A DNA stretch of 64,000 nucleotides from Takakia lepidozioides (GCA_030704615.1 CM060733.1:29884001-29948000), one strand, 5' to 3'. Positions 37,201 through 53,400 are shown, numbered from the stretch's first letter. Numbers and translations: made by a program. The notes: generated by a model from the sequence alone, not told the origin.

Positions 37201-39296
37201 ACCATGGTAGAAGTAGGCATATTGACATGAACAGGGACTATACCTTCATCAATAGAATCTGCCACTTGCTGTGCCATGCCACCATACCACCAGTACAGTC
37301 ATCAGCTTCAAGTGCATTAACATTGACAACTCTCTCTTTTTGTCTGTACTACTATGGATCCCAGGTAAGAGATATTTTAGAGACTGCCAGTCTTCGGCAG
37401 AGACCTTCAGCTACGCAAAAAGATCTGGCGGGGTATGTGTATGATGCACCATGTCTTTGGGGAAGTTTAATATTTCGAAGTTCTTCTCTACTTCAACCCT
37501 GTGGACGTTCGGCAATTTCTTTCTTTCTTTGTAATGAAAGGGCTACGGCAAACGAAGTTTTATGAGTACATTTTGTAATGAAAGGGAGAAATACCCCAAA
37601 TCAAACTTTCTGAACCAAAAATTTCACCACAACTCTGGGAAGCCAATTTTTTTTTTGACCCTGGCAGGATCAGAGTTCTCTCTCTCTCTCTCTCTCTCTC
37701 TCTGTAGTTTGATTCACTCTTATTGACCTTTTCTTTGTGTTCTGTTGTGTTCAATAGACCACCAAAGGCCTCCAGTGGCTGTAGTGAACTTCTTTCTACA
37801 ACAACTTTTGGAAGACAAAAAATTCTTAGGCATTTCTTTGCTGTGCCCTTTATTCAATTCTTCAGGCTGGCTTGTAGCCAATCCAGCCAACTTTGTGTAC
37901 TCAGATCCAGAAGAAAAGAAAACTGCCAATCTTCTTTGCTGAGGAGATTCACTGCCTGTCTGGAAAAAGAAGGGGACAAAAAGTCTTTGCAGGCATCCAT
38001 AGGAGGTGTAACAAAGCTGTTACCACTTTCAGGTTCTTGAGAATATTATCAAACACATGGGTGTTGACTGTCCAATTACTTGCTGCCTTCTTTTGTGCAT
38101 CCACCCCAACACCTGCATGTCAAGCCTCATGTAAGAAATTTCCGGTTGAATATTGGCGACAGTGAAAACAGCTACCGAGAAAAATTTCTTTGCATGGAAT
38201 CTATCCAGGAAACTGGTTCATCCAGATGTACATGGTGTGTGACCCAGGACAGCAACAACAATCACTGTAGACACATCCCAGGAACTTACTTCAGGTAATC
38301 CAACAGCCAATTAGGGCCAGATACCAAGGTCATGAGCAGGATGATCCCTTAGAGCAGGATGCTTTGAGGGATTCTGAACTCACTTAGTTATCTCAGATTG
38401 TCCGCAATCAGTATGCAAAGATCAGGGCCCACGTTGCAGCATTCAAGGTGAGCTAACAGTTTGTGAAGGACCCAAAAAAAAAATTCATGTGGCAAGTTCA
38501 GGAAACAGAGGGGTGTAACAGAAACACACTTTTTGAGAACAATGTCAAATCGTAGCAAAACAGTTGTACAGGTCCACAATCTAACCGCTCCAATTAGATT
38601 TATGAGAATCTTTGTTTTGGTTGATGTGTTCTAGTCATTCTGGATTCAAATAGTTTTGTATTGAACTCAAGCGAGTTCTAATCAACAATCTGTGCAATGT
38701 GAGACGCCTTCCCAGACCTCAAAGAAGAAGAATAACATCACTACAAACCTGAATTGTCATTCCTGTTCTGAACTCGAATATGCTGTTTGATGCCTTGCTT
38801 GTCTTTCCCCAATCCAGTGCCTTCTTCCCAACCCTGCTCCAACATATCATATCAGGAAAAATCGGACCTGGCACTTAAAGCATAAAAGCTATTCAAAAGG
38901 AAGAGGTTCGAAATTTATAACTGGCCGTGTAAGATTCGACGATCAAAAAAATCCCATGCCAGCCATCATCTCAGAAATATGCTTAAGAATTCCAACCTCT
39001 TCTGTCCAAGAGGAAATTCCCCAGCCAGCTAAAACGTGATACAGACTACTAGTACTAACTTAACACGAACTCATCACAGAGGACTAGCACTATAACCCCC
39101 ATGGGTGCCTCTCTAATTTTCTGGACCAGGAAGCACCAATTTCCCCCTCTCCACCCCAGCCCACAGGTCCCTCTCCTCTTAAGCTGACAACATCCAATCC
39201 CTAAACCCGAAAGCAGGTGCAGATTACCATTTGAGTCATGAGGCGAAAAGCCAGCGAGTCCTTGGCAACACCCTGAAAAAGCACGAGCTCCTCCAT
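34281..39296 (-). CDS. G-patch domain protein (plant GPATCH4/PINX1-like), multi-exon; last exon not pinned down
   Basis: Exons: [23 protein letters not shown] (39296-39228); [21 protein letters not shown] (~38833-38749); GVGVD...[17 protein letters not shown] (~38111-38022); ARPQGR (~37096-37001); [22 protein letters not shown] (~36238-36171); [15 protein letters not shown]...[14 protein letters not shown]; [11 protein letters not shown]...[10 protein letters not shown]; [12 protein letters not shown]. Confidence 0.88.
37678..37702. repeat. (CT)n microsatellite in a G-patch intron
   Basis: Directly visible. Confidence 0.9.
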
Positions 39297-40019
39297 GATG
39301 CCCTCCCAAACCCCCCACGCCAAATTACTCTTCCCCGCACTACAGGAAATCGCAGGGAGAGAAGAGACACAGAACAACACCCGCCATAGCAGTCCTCATC
39401 AAGGCTACTTCCGTTTTGCAGGGTATAGGGTTTGGTTCCTGACGGATGAGATCCTACTTCATCCATATATGAAACAGGACTACTAACTCTCATTCGTCGG
39501 TTGCCTGGTCTGGTATATGACCAAGTATTCTCCCAAATGATACCATAGCCTTACCAGCCTCATCCACGCGGCAGAAAACGTGATTCCGCGTGGCACATCA
39601 GATTAGAACTACTCATGACATGGCACATTCTTACTAGGTGGGACCAGTGCTATGACTACGTGGTGGATGCGCACTGGGTAGACCGTTGGCATTCGAAGGC
39701 CAAGCGACGGGCAGCTCTTGGAAACGACACGGCAGCAGATAGCTGCGACCCTCTCGAGGTCTCTTCTCGCTCCTCTCTTGTGATCTTGCGCTCTCCTCGC
39801 TCTCTCTTGCTGACAATCTTGCTTGAGAGGTGCGTTTTTCCTTGTGGTGCATGTCTGAGGTTGGTAGCTATCTGATTCTGGTTGTGAAATTTAAGAACTG
39901 TAATTGCAGCCGCCATCGTTTGTGTTTAACGTGTTTTCCGGCCGGTTTTAGGCTGTGGACGGTGGCCGTTTGAGCGCTTTGGAATCGAGTTGTTGCGTGG
40001 TTTCTTTTTGAAGTGGTAG

Positions 40020-41429
<1,410 letters not shown>

Positions 41430-42907
41430 AATGCAGTTTTTGGAAGCTGAAAATTTAGAAGCAGAGAGCCCGGATTTTGTTGACCAGGCATCAATGTCAA
41501 GGCAAAGGCGTTTGTTTCTCTTTGCATGTGAATCCACAGAGGAGATCGGACTTTTGGTCTTCTACAACATGTTATGATCTTCCTGCATGACCCAGTTATA
41601 ACCTAAAGAGAATAAAGTGACTTTACTTTTTCATTTCATTGATTGCATGGCAGGTGTCATTGTCATTGTATTCCATTTGGTGATGGGTAGGCTTTGCTAC
41701 TATGCTGTGCAGTAGAAGTAGCTTACAAGATGATGCTTGCAGCTCTGGATTGATTTCCCCTTGTTCTTTCACAGTCCTATGCAAAGCCAAAATGTATGCA
41801 GTGCGGATCTCTGTTCAGATTTCCTGTGTTCTTTGAAATTTCATGTACATTAGGGTCACAAAGACATCACTTGTATAGAGCAAAGTGAGCAAAGTACATT
41901 AATTTGTTGTCTCGTGTGCCTCTACAAACAAGAAGGTGGGAAGTTGCCCTTTTTTGTGCAGTCTGTGAAGGAATTTGAGAGTGGAGTTGTGGAGGTTAAG
42001 CATGTATGAAGTTCACTAAAACAGGCACAGTACATGCTACAGGATGCATGGAAGTCTCTTACGAAGGGACATGAGAGAGGTTTCTCTCCTCACCTGCGGA
42101 ATGCCTCTGAACTAGGGAGTTGTGGAGCTTGACAAAATCTTTGGAAACCATTCATAGCTATCATAGTGGGCTATATAACAAGTGTTTGGTTTCAAGATGT
42201 TTCACGTTTTTAAGGTTTAGGCCGCATGATGTACAGAACCAGTGAGGACGTCCATTGGGGTACAATCATGGAGAATCCAGTAGGAGTGAGAGAGAATGAA
42301 AGTCTTCCAAAAACTAATAGGTCTTCCTTGGTAATGGAGCTTGCTATCTTTCAAGCTTGTATTCTCCACCATGGAATACCGTTTAAAAGTAATGGAAAGA
42401 GAAGTAGTCTTCCAATTATATTATCTAGGTCAAAGGATAGCATTCACCGACATCTTCTTGCAGCAAAACAAACCATTTCTTCACACAACAGTCCCTGACC
42501 AAAGGAAAGCATGTCTCCTACAGCAAGGCAGAGTATAGATACTTGGGTTTCAGTGTAACTACCATATTAACATTAAAAGCAATGTTGAGCACAGGCGAAG
42601 CATGCCGAATCTTGCTGACATGGAGCTTGCAGGGTGGATTGCTCAACTGCTTAGCAATCTAGCACAATGGCACATTAACTCACGACATCTTCACCTAAAT
42701 CAGGCATTCAATTGTGACTACACACACCCGGTCAGGTCAGGCGGACATAGTTCCATCCCAGCGCACCATCCTTGGCAATTGCTGCCAGTAATCATTTGTG
42801 ACCACTTGGCTAGAGTACGCTGGTAAGAGTAGCTTCTTTGTCTTTCACACGCAGCGGCTCTTTTAAGAAGAGGAATTAATGCTGGTCCTCCAGATGACTG
42901 GGTGTGG

Positions 42908-43028
42908 AGGCAGTGTAATCACTCCATCAAATGGGTTTCTTCTGTCATATCAACAAGTGTTCTTCTTGAGGCAGTGGAATGACACCATAAAATGGGTTCT
43001 TCTGTCATATCAACAAGTGGTCTTCTTG
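42908..43028. repeat. ~60-bp tandem duplication spanning the ALG12 stop codon and 3' UTR
   Basis: aaatggg(t)ttcttctgtcatatcaacaagtg..cttcttg occurs twice. Confidence 0.8.
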
Positions 43029-46000
43029 GCACCCAGGCCAGCGTCTGGCATCAACAAGTGCACTCTTTTTACGCCCATGAATGTACACTTTGGGGACCAT
43101 TGCCTGCATTCCATCAATTTGAATATTATTGACTCGGAGGGTTTCCTTAGGAAATAGTATAGAGCTTTTATCCAACAATAAATGTCAGAGAACGAACCAG
43201 ACGAAGGGGTGCCAAGATTGATCGTTGCAGCCGTACCCCCCCATACCCATGAACCGCCATCAGACACTCAAAGCTTGGAAGCTGGGGATGTTCACTGCTT
43301 TCCCGGACCAACATAAGCATTCTGAAAGCTTAGGAGGAATCCAAGTAAAATGGAGACAGAAAAGAAACTTGAAGAGGCAGTACTCATGAGTCTGACGGAT
43401 AGACCCCAAGTCAATCTGAACAGACTGAAAACAAGAGTGGGATGGGCAGGAGCTAGAGAAGAACAACTTCATTAGGGCCCCTGAAGACCTTTACAGACAG
43501 CAAGAGAGACTGTAGTACAGGTGGCCATAGTTCTCAAAGAGGCCTTACTTGAGAAGATAGGTGAAGTTCCCAACTGCGAAGTCTTTGACTGAAAGACCTT
43601 CCTCCTTTGAGTAACTGCCATCCATAATGTGTCGACCAATCCACATGTTAACATCTTTTTGAGTGTAGCATTTCCTTTCAAGCATACGGTACCGGTGTCT
43701 CTTAAAACTCAACCAAAAAAGATTGGCCCTAGAGGACAATTCCGCTTTGGGAAAGTGTTCAAGGGTAGCCTAAGCATAATTTATCCAAAAGCCTGGCAGT
43801 CAGTACCATTGTCAGATCTTATTAATTCCAAACCGCAGCTAGAAGTGCAGCAAAATAGGAGTAATTGTGTTTCAAACTACCTCTACCGAGCCCCTGGTTT
43901 GCAAAAGACCCATGAGGCATTTATTCCCTTGACAAACAACTGGAGCCCATGCCAAACAGTAGACACAGACTGCACAAGAAATTGGGTTGTGGGGGTAGCG
44001 CCCACATTAGTGAGTCTAGTGAGTGAGTGTCATCACCTCCAGGGTGTGCCTCTTTCGCAGAACCTCGAAACCCCAGTCATGGCCGGTAGCACATCGATAT
44101 GCACAACCCTTGGAGGGAAGCTGCTTACGTTAGCTTCTGCCACACCCAGCACCACAACCCTTCACCACCCTATTTACAAAACATAAAGTGGTGTAGGTGA
44201 CCACTCCAGAATTGCTTAGCCTGTTTCTGAAAGCTTTGATTTGGATACCATACATGCATGGAAAATAGAAAGGCAAGTGTTCAATGATCATACCATCTGC
44301 ACATTGGCTTGAGGGTTTAGTCTATGCCAAAACACTAATCCCCCTGGAGATATACCAGAAGAATTACATTACAGGGGATTGACTGTTCATCAAAGGGATA
44401 CAATTGACAGCCTACTAGAAGCCGCAAGACTGAGAGGAGAGGGCGGAGGGGGCCGGGTTCTTGTCTCAGACCAAAACACATGAAAATTTTCACAGTTGTA
44501 CGCTCCCAAAAAACTTTGACTTTGTCCTGCATGCTAGTCACAATGAGCAACACACCTTGACGGTGAAGCAACTGAAGCGCATGTCCACCAGGGTAGTTAG
44601 CATATGAGGCGGCTGCCATCGTCACCGAAATACCAACACTGTCACACGCACGACAAAACCGTCCAAGCAGGTGAGTGACTTCCTACACCAGAGACATCTG
44701 CTAATAACGAAGATGTATTTGGCTGACGATAAATTTTTGAGCACAAGTTATTTCCTTTAATAACCATGTTAAGTCTGGTGACACATGGTCCACACCTTTA
44801 CGTCTAATGAGTACATTTTCTCTCCAGGACTTCTGGTGCAGAATTGAAATCAGCACACTTATCTGCACCAGAAGAGGCAGTCCCACAAGAGTTGATTTAG
44901 TACCTCGCCAATAAGGAGACGGTGCAAGTTGCATAGGCGATCGCCCACATTGGCTTCCGCCGATTGTTGTGTCTGCAACAACCCATCAAGGAAGTCATTT
45001 AATTTTCTTGCTAGAAGCCGCAACTGAGAACTCCTTCACTATGCAATAACTAGACTGTATGACATGTCGAAGAATATTAGTGACAGAGACATTACAAAAA
45101 AAGAAACATCTACCTGGATTATAACAGCCATTGTTGGACAGGTTGCTTTATTGTGAAGCCTACGATCAAAGGACATTTGTCTCCTAAATTCCTCAAGATA
45201 CATGTTCCACAGGTAGTTCTTTGTTTAGTTGCTCCATTTTTAACAGTGACCACAAGGTTGACTTTCTCGATACCACCTACTCCAAAATACAATTTACTTA
45301 CTAAACCTCAGATGATGGAGATTGAAAAGTGGAATATGGAACATACATACGAGCAATGGCTGTTGCAGCAGAAACATTCAGCATAGGAACTGCGAAGAGA
45401 ATAAAGCGAAGCTCCTGCAAAAATACACTTAAACAGCTGTCAAGGTCATGTTGCAATCCACTACAGAAAAAAAGGAAATATGTGTAGAGTTAACATCTGC
45501 TAGTTTCTGACAAGTTGGGAATCAGGAATGTCATTATGTGCCTTCCTCCATCGTACTCTGACCTTTAAAACACCTCCGCTACTCCCACCTTCAAACACAA
45601 AGTCAGAGCGAACACAGGATGCCCGAGAGAGAAGGGTTGAGTACCTTATGGGGGAGTTTAGAGTAAACCATGATGAAACTCAGCACAGGAAGCACATATT
45701 GTGCCATCCTTCGCTCCAGTACCAGACCTACCTGCAAGCACAGCCAAAATCGGAGGTAAGGTGAGTGACTGGCTAGAAAGAGCTATTTCCTGCAAGCAAT
45801 TTCTAGGACAGGCAAGGAATTTGAGCTGGTCTAGATGGCAGCAAACACACAAAACTCATCCATGCTCTCATGCACTACGAGAGACAACTAAGGCGAGCCC
45901 TGGAGAGAAGAAGTAGGTCACTGTAATAAGCTGCAGAATATATACTTTCCCATGAACTAACAGGGATGTCCATTCCAAACCACACAGAATTGGTTTTTTT

Positions 46001-49000
46001 GGAGTAACAGATAGTCTTTATTTAGTCAAAGTGTGAACAGGGCCTGCCAATTTCCCCTGCCCATAGTATTCAGCTGCAAACTTCAAATAAGTTTCGCAGT
46101 GGGAGATGGTGGGCATGGTTGGACTAATCCACCAGAAAATCCATGTTGAACAGTGCTGCTTCCAGACCTTAGATTAAATCTACCCAGGAAACCAGAATGA
46201 TTGTAAGGATTACTACTGAAGATTTCACAATATCATATCAGTAACACTACGACCTGGAAAAATCCCAGGTCCCTGACATGAAAACCAGAACTGATTCACA
46301 TGGGAGTACACTCTAGGAAGAGTGACAGTGACAGAGGGTAAGTCCTCTAAAAAGTCAGTAGCAACAGCCTTACGGAAATATTTGGGGCTATCATAGAGAT
46401 AAAGATGTGTTACCAGAGACAAGGGAAAAGCAGCCAGCATTGCTCGTGGCAAAGCGGAAGTGAAGTACCAATATGGAGGAGCCACCTGTGAAGGGTATGA
46501 TTAAGGTTGTATGCTTGCAAGGGAAGATACACACTCCCTGATTACTAAAGTTATATGAACCTACACAAGCCTTCTTCCTTTCGAAGTCAGCTTCGCCAGC
46601 AACAACCAAAAGAAAGCAAGAAGACACAATGTACATGATACGACAAAGCGATCCAATGTCAGTTACACTCTGTACCTGAAACTCATCTGAGGACCAGGTT
46701 CATATGCCGCATGTGCGTGAAGGAAGACATCTATCGAACACATATGAACAATGTGCTCATTATTCAGACCACAGACAGATACAAATGAGAAATGGAAACT
46801 ATGGGACACACATGTAAAAGGTGTTAGCTGGAATGGATACACCCCATTCGGAGCTGCGATTTAGTACTGAATTGAACCACAACACATTAAACTCAGGCCA
46901 AATCCAGCGCTGCCACATCAGCGAGTCTAAGGCAAAAGTAATCCCTGAGTATCACACAATTGAAAATCGTCAGGTTCTTCAGTCTACAAAAGCAGATTGG
47001 TGAGGTCCATCATTAGGTTTCTTGACGGATAATTCTCAGCTACGTCCATATATTACCAAATTCTCAAGCATATATTTGGGTCGACTATATGTTAACAGTA
47101 CAATGCATGGTGAGCGCCTGCAAATAATTGGCAAGTCCGGCAGTGCAAGCAAATCGTGGCACACAAGCCAAGCAGAATGCAGCGTGCTACATAATTTTAA
47201 TCACTGCCAGAATGGAATCAGACCCTGGAAAAACTATCCCTAGCCCTAAAGAAGGGAGGGGGATGCAGATTGCAATCGGAAGGCACACCCATGCTGAATA
47301 TGGCTGTAGTTGCACAGCACTTCATGGCACTCCAGAGATTGACGGATCTCATCTGCCCCACAGCAACCAGGGACTACCCCATCAGAGCCTCATGACCCTT
47401 TGGCTCTAACTGAATGACTGCATGATGCATCAGGACCCCTCTCAGAATAATTCAGGCCCAATAGGGCGCACAACTTTTTGCACGCTCTCTAGAAGCACAA
47501 ACTGCACTCAAATTTGGAGAATCTACAGTATAGGAACAAGTCATAATACTGAGAAAAGTGAAGATTGTCACAAATCACTATGACATTTCAAATTTCTGTT
47601 GAATTCCCACAGATGACATGGTGCAATAAATCGATATATTTTATTTTTAGTCATGAGTGGGTCTGATATAATTTCCGTAACCATTTTAGTAGTCTGAAGT
47701 ACTGCTCTAATACTATGATGCAAAAGGCTGATGCATACCAAGAGAAGGGTCAGGCCAATCGGAGCCAGTAGCAGAATCACATCACACCGGAACACAACTG
47801 CTGTGAACACCTGCACCATTGGGCAAGAACATCTCTCCACAATAAAGCTCCCCGGAAGCTCCAGTTATGAAATAAACAAATCTATTCCACATACGCCTCT
47901 GATTCTCATGCTGCAGCTGTGGCTTTGAAATGTCTTGAGGAAGTCTGAAACAATGGGTTCATTTGGTGCCTTGGTCTTTTACATACTGAGCACTTATATA
48001 GCACTCTGACAATGAAGCTGTAAGGACATAGGGGAATACTGATAGAAGCGAAAGGGCTGCTGGGGTGATGATCTTAGTTCTTTCTTCACCACTACACTAG
48101 TTTTCTGTGCTGCACAGGTCTCCCATGTACTACTTCCTGGGACAATGAGAAATGAAAGCAACTTAGTAGTAGCCATGGATGTGTGTACCATACCAAAAGC
48201 CTCAAAGTGTTTTTGGGCTGCCCACTCATCCAGTAACCAAATGCCAGGTTTACTGTGCATAAACATGACCAACATGAGTATAAAGTTGCTTCACAAGACT
48301 CACATAGACTTCGCAGTTAAATCTTGCTCTGTCCACAATCTCATACAAGAACTCAATCCAAACGAACATGACACATCACAAGGGCTCTGATTTGTGATGG
48401 AGAGAAGAATACTAATTGAGCATATCTGTTGAACAATCCAGAGCCAATCAAGAATGCAGAATGGCTCTGCTAATTTGGTCACTGGCTGGCAGAACGATAG
48501 ACAGTACAGGAGGAGTGAGGAGGAGGAAGACTCCTGCCGAAGCAGGCGTAACTTTTAGTGTCACTTCACCCCAAAGGGCTACTGCCTTCCGTGGACACAT
48601 TCTAACGGCCGTAACTGGGGCAACGCGGTTTCCCCAACCTCTCCCAACCCACACATTAAGTAATCGGTTGACCCGGGACCCCCATTTTACAGCTGGGTGG
48701 GCTACAATGGGTGACACTAACATATTCCTATGTGGTTTTGAACCCCCACGACCAAGTGTAACGGCCTTGTGCCCTAACCACTGGGCCATCTGTTGGCTGC
48801 TGATAGTCAGCACAAAAATTGGTGAACTTACTTATGTCCATGGTCTATAATGCTTCTTTGGGACCGATAGCAAGCAGCAGTCTGAAACTTACCAAGAGCC
48901 AAAGCAAACACATTGGGAAGTGGCCGTGAAGAATAGAACAGGAGGTGGAACTCGATTGATGTCAGAATGGCAAATGCAATTGAAACTTTATTTCCAAACT

Positions 49001-52000
49001 TGTTGCCAACCTGCCAAAACACATTTGACATAAATTCCATTGCTATATCGAATGATTAGATGAAAGTTGAAGGAACAGTCAAGACGTCTATGCAATTGTG
49101 GTTGAGACAATCCATTCATAGACGTAGAGAGCAGGGAAGGGGATATCAGATAACTTCATGGGCAGCAGTCCACTCCCCATTTCTAACAGCCAGCCAGAAC
49201 TAGGCTAGTCAAGCATAGCTTAATGACTTCATGATTTTGTTGCAGAAGCATTGTACATGACAAAATGGTTTCTGAAGGAAAAGAGAAAGGAAGAGAAAAA
49301 AGAACTTTATAACATGACAGGAACATACCTGCAAACGGAGGGCAGAAAGTGTGGCTAGTACTGTTGCACCCAAAACCAGTCGCACTACACACACAGCCAT
49401 GGCACTGATGGATGGTTTAGACCGTCTCTGCAACTGAGCGAAAGAGTGCAGCAATTAATTGGCGAAGAAAACAAGCAATAGCTCTCCATGGGCTCAAATC
49501 TAGCTGGCCTCACACACAAATAACCCCTTGGATGGCAAAAGGAGTTGCTGAACAAAATACTACTGTGCGGGAAAAGCGACACAAAAGAAAGATGGAGATA
49601 GAGATAGAACAGGTCATACAGTTTACTGCAGCTGATGACAGATCTTGCAGTAACAATTCAACTCTAAAGAGACGGACCCTCACACAAGGTCCTCAACCAG
49701 AGATTGAATGATTAGCAAAGAGACTGTGGCATACCAGTGTATTGTGCATAGAGCTTTGGCAGTTGCAAGAAATAGAGCATCAGGACGATTGGGCTTGAGA
49801 ATACGGCAATCACTAGTGCTCCTGCCATCCAAAACTTTGCAAGTGAGGAACACAGCAGTGAAACCAAACCATATCTTCAAGAATCAGTAGGAGTGCAATA
49901 CACACAAATTAAATCACTAGATATAAGCCTACTCTTTCATGATAACCAGCCCTATTAAATAAAAATCAGTTTGGCATCATTAGACTAGGTGTGTGTGTAT
50001 GAGTGGCCTTCGCCAATTTTGAAAAGTGGGATCAAAGCCCTATGTACCACATCTGTGTTTGGGAAGAGGGACAGCAAAAATATTATGGTTTCACTATCAT
50101 TTCAATGCCTGCCCTAGAATGAATGTCCTAGTTACCAGATTGCCATCAGCAAACTCTATAATTTTGGGCCGAAATTGATAGCCTGGGCAGTTGAAACCTC
50201 AGGACAGGTCTGGAAGCATTAGTTATCACATGGGAACTAGTCCTCACAACCAACACCAAACATGAGTGGTCAGCCTGTACATCTCTCATGCAGCACCTTT
50301 AACACATACATAGTAAGTCTTAGTGCAACTATAGCCTTATTACCATACTGAAGTAGAGCGCTGCAGTAGACTGCCAGTACTGATAAATATCTTGCTTCTG
50401 ACATGATGGCAATGCCAACCGTTAGATGAATTTGTAGCCAATGTTTATAAGGATAGGGCGAGAGTACATTTCTCTACTGCCCTCCCATCAAACTGCCTCA
50501 ACTTAAGCACCAGTTTGCATCTCACTCTAAGGGGATGCAAAAAAGTGTTGGCATAAAGGGCATACCTAGAAATGTGCGTGGCACCACTCCGGGGAATTCA
50601 AAATGGTCGTACTGCAAGCACATAACTGCTCATGAGAGTTGAATATTACTACAACCAAAACCATTCACAGTGACTTAGACAGTGATGGAAGATTATTAGA
50701 TGAAACTGCGGTCTTTATGGGTTTCACATTGTGTAGATGGTACTAGCAACTGAGATCAGGCAACTTCACAGCAACGAGAAGTAATTCAACGCAATTAACC
50801 ACCCGCTTTGCAGCCGCAAGATTTAGTCAGCAAATTCCAAAAGCATTGCAATCTTTAAATTTGGGGACATTATGATATATTTCAAGCCCAACGGATGGGT
50901 CAAGGGCTCAAAGGATGCCTTGTGGAGGTTGTGCCGATTGTACAAGATATCATGTATGGCCTGCATCATTGCAACCCCAACCCTCACGAGTCAAAATTCT
51001 CTCCCAGGAAGTAGACACAATATCATTCCTTGATCAGGGGCAGATACTACTGTCTCCTAAGAGACTCCTCACCTTTGGCAGAGGGCCTAGCTTTTGGGGA
51101 TCAGAAGTGCTTGGCAGTTCACCTGCATGTGGCACTTTGCCTCAGGCCGATGTTTGGAGTCTCTTTTGGTCTGGTTTTCTTGTGGTTCTCCTTTGTCACA
51201 TGGGTCATTGGGGTCTCCCCTATGGAGGTTCGAAGTCCTTTTCTTTACTTCTTTCTTCCTTCGGTCTGTCTCTCTTTATGATATATCTTTTTTTCCTCTT
51301 TCATTCCTCTATGTTCTTTGGTTTCAATGTTTCTACTGTGTGTTATCCTCCTACCATGGACTAGGTTTACCATACACCCCCATTCTAAGGTTTTAGGCCA
51401 CAACAAGCAAAGCCTCTCTATGACTTCTTCCTACGAATAACAAAAATAAGGAGGGTGGTTGTGTGCCTAGTTAAAAGTAAACCAGTTGCCACCTCCTCTC
51501 TTTCTCCCCAGCTCTACAACTAGTGTACCATTAATAATAAGCAACTTGCACTTGAACACGCCAGCTTACAGAAAATTTGGCTGATGGTACTATACCTGAG
51601 TGTTGAAACTCTCCTCCACTTTAGTGTAGGGGGCCAGCATTATGTGCATCACTGTAATTACTACCACCAAAACATCCCACTCTGCACCCCAACCAACTCT
51701 GCCTAGTCAGCACAGTTTTATACAATTTGTCTTATATTACCGGTGTCAGAAGGCTTTCAAGTCGCTGGTTCACTGTTTAACTGTCATCTTCTTTCTACAT
51801 ATTCAAAGGAAACTTTCCTTTCCTTTTCACTTTAGTACAGATTATCAAGATGATAATGCTTGAAGGATTTCAAATCGAACTAAAATCTACACACGGGTTT
51901 TTGAAACCCTATCAGAACAGACCATGAGATGGATTTCTACGCTTGAGGGACTGCAAATCAATGCTAAATCCACCAATTTCTTTCAAATCCTTCATTCCCA

Positions 52001-52189
52001 GTCTGCCAGAAGAGAATTCACGTAGATAAATAATCGAGTTGAGGGTGGAAGTCGCTGTATGGACTTCAGAAGTAACGTGGAACAGATTACCACGATGGAC
52101 ACAACCGAAACAAAAGTCAAAAATGAGAACACGATGATTTCACGAAATGGCTCACTATCAAAGCGGGATGCAAGTTTTCGGAGATGCAT
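43005..52189 (-). CDS. ALG12: Dol-P-Man:Man7GlcNAc2-PP-Dol alpha-1,6-mannosyltransferase, multi-exon
   Basis: Exons give MHLRKLASRFD/KWDVLV...APYTKVEESFNTQ/AIHDILY/YDHFEFPGVVPRTFLG/FHLLFYSSRPLPNVFAL/VVFRCD/WYFTSALPR/YSKLPHK/ELRFI/NYPGGHAL/VHIDVLPAMTGVSRFCE/YSKEE...NFTYLL/PKVYIHG...WPGC; stop at 43005-43007. Confidence 0.93.
48490..48800 (-). mobile_element. tRNA-derived SINE in an ALG12 intron
   Basis: A box tggcccagtgg and B box ggttcaaaacc on the minus strand; boundaries approximate. Confidence 0.55.
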
Positions 52190-52695
52190 GGTGCGATCAG
52201 TGTAGCCTCCACTTTCGGATCGCCCCTTGCGCGCGCTCTTCTCCCACTTCCAAGCACCGAGGGACTCTGACTCTTTGCTAACCAACGGTTGCCTTAATCC
52301 CTACAAGTGGCTGTAGACTGATGAATAATGTGATCTGATGGAGAGATGTCGGCCAAGACACACGAAACATTCATCTAGCCTTCCCTCACATGAGAATGAG
52401 ACTTCTGCTCCGTCCTTGTCTCATCCAAGAACTCCAATCGCCTATCTGATGCGATGCCCAGGGTTTTTCAGAGTTATGAGAGGAGTTTGTTCTTCATTTG
52501 ATCGCAGCTCACTCCAGTGATACTGGAAGGACTCCACCAAATTTGTATGCTGGTCGTTCACACTCTGGAAGCATTTGTTACATGGGTTCGGCTAGTTTTG
52601 GAAGCTTGGCAGTTTATGAATACATGTAGTAAGTGCATGTCCTCTGCGGCCGCCTGCTCTTGAAGACCCTGTGAGAAGTTGCAACTATCGTTAGT

Positions 52696-53400
52696 ATGGT
52701 GGAAGTGGGCTTCGGTACTGGCCAGATGGACAAGCGGGCAGTGGTAGGAGCTGTTCTCATCGCGTGGGCCGCTGCGTTGCAGGTATGTCGTCGCTCCCCT
52801 GCACGAACAATGCTTCTGGACAATCGCTGTCTGTTGTTTTTTTTGGAATTTCCTTATTTCGAATCCGCTTCCAGGTTGGTTGTGTTTGTGCCATTTCTAG
52901 CTTTCATGTCTTTTATCTACCCCCCACCCCTCTGCAAGGTACCTTACCTGAACCCTACACCTTGCTGCCCATGTTCCATAGCAATTTTGTTAGAAGGACT
53001 GGTACAAACCTTAGGGCCTCAGGTTCAGAAGTTCTTATGTTCACTCCGAAAAACTCCGAGTTCGTGCAGTTCAAATCTGTCAGCACTCTTTCGAGATCCT
53101 CTTACAATTGGTCTCAACACTGACTTTGCAATGTACATGAATGGCACTTGCAAGGCAATTTGAGTAGCACAGAATTCGACCTGCACCTGTGCAGTGTCCA
53201 CAGGTTCCACGCGCGGTGTCCAGCTGCCATAATTCACAGGGAATGACTCTTATTTCTTAAAACCTTAATCCAGATTCTGTTGGGTGGCAGGGACACATAA
53301 TGTGGGTGCAGCGGCAGGATAGCTTCAAAGATAAATTTGGGAAGGTGCCTGAGGATTCAGAGAAACCTCATCCTCACAGTGTGTCTTATTTCCTAATCTC
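52696..53400 (+). CDS. Small single-pass membrane protein of unknown function, two exons
   Basis: Exon 1 (MVEVGFGTGQ)MDKRAVVGAVLIAWAAALQ|gt ends at 52782. Exon 2 ag|GHIMWVQRQDSFKDKFG begins at 53291 in matching phase. It resembles a conserved small plant protein family that I cannot name; the 3' end is uncertain. Confidence 0.6.

Noticed and set aside
42200-44200. Possible LINE fragment, or the plus-strand 185-aa ORF at 43629-44186
   Set aside because: The region is explained by the last minus-strand ALG12 exons, introns and 3' UTR; no RT motifs were found.
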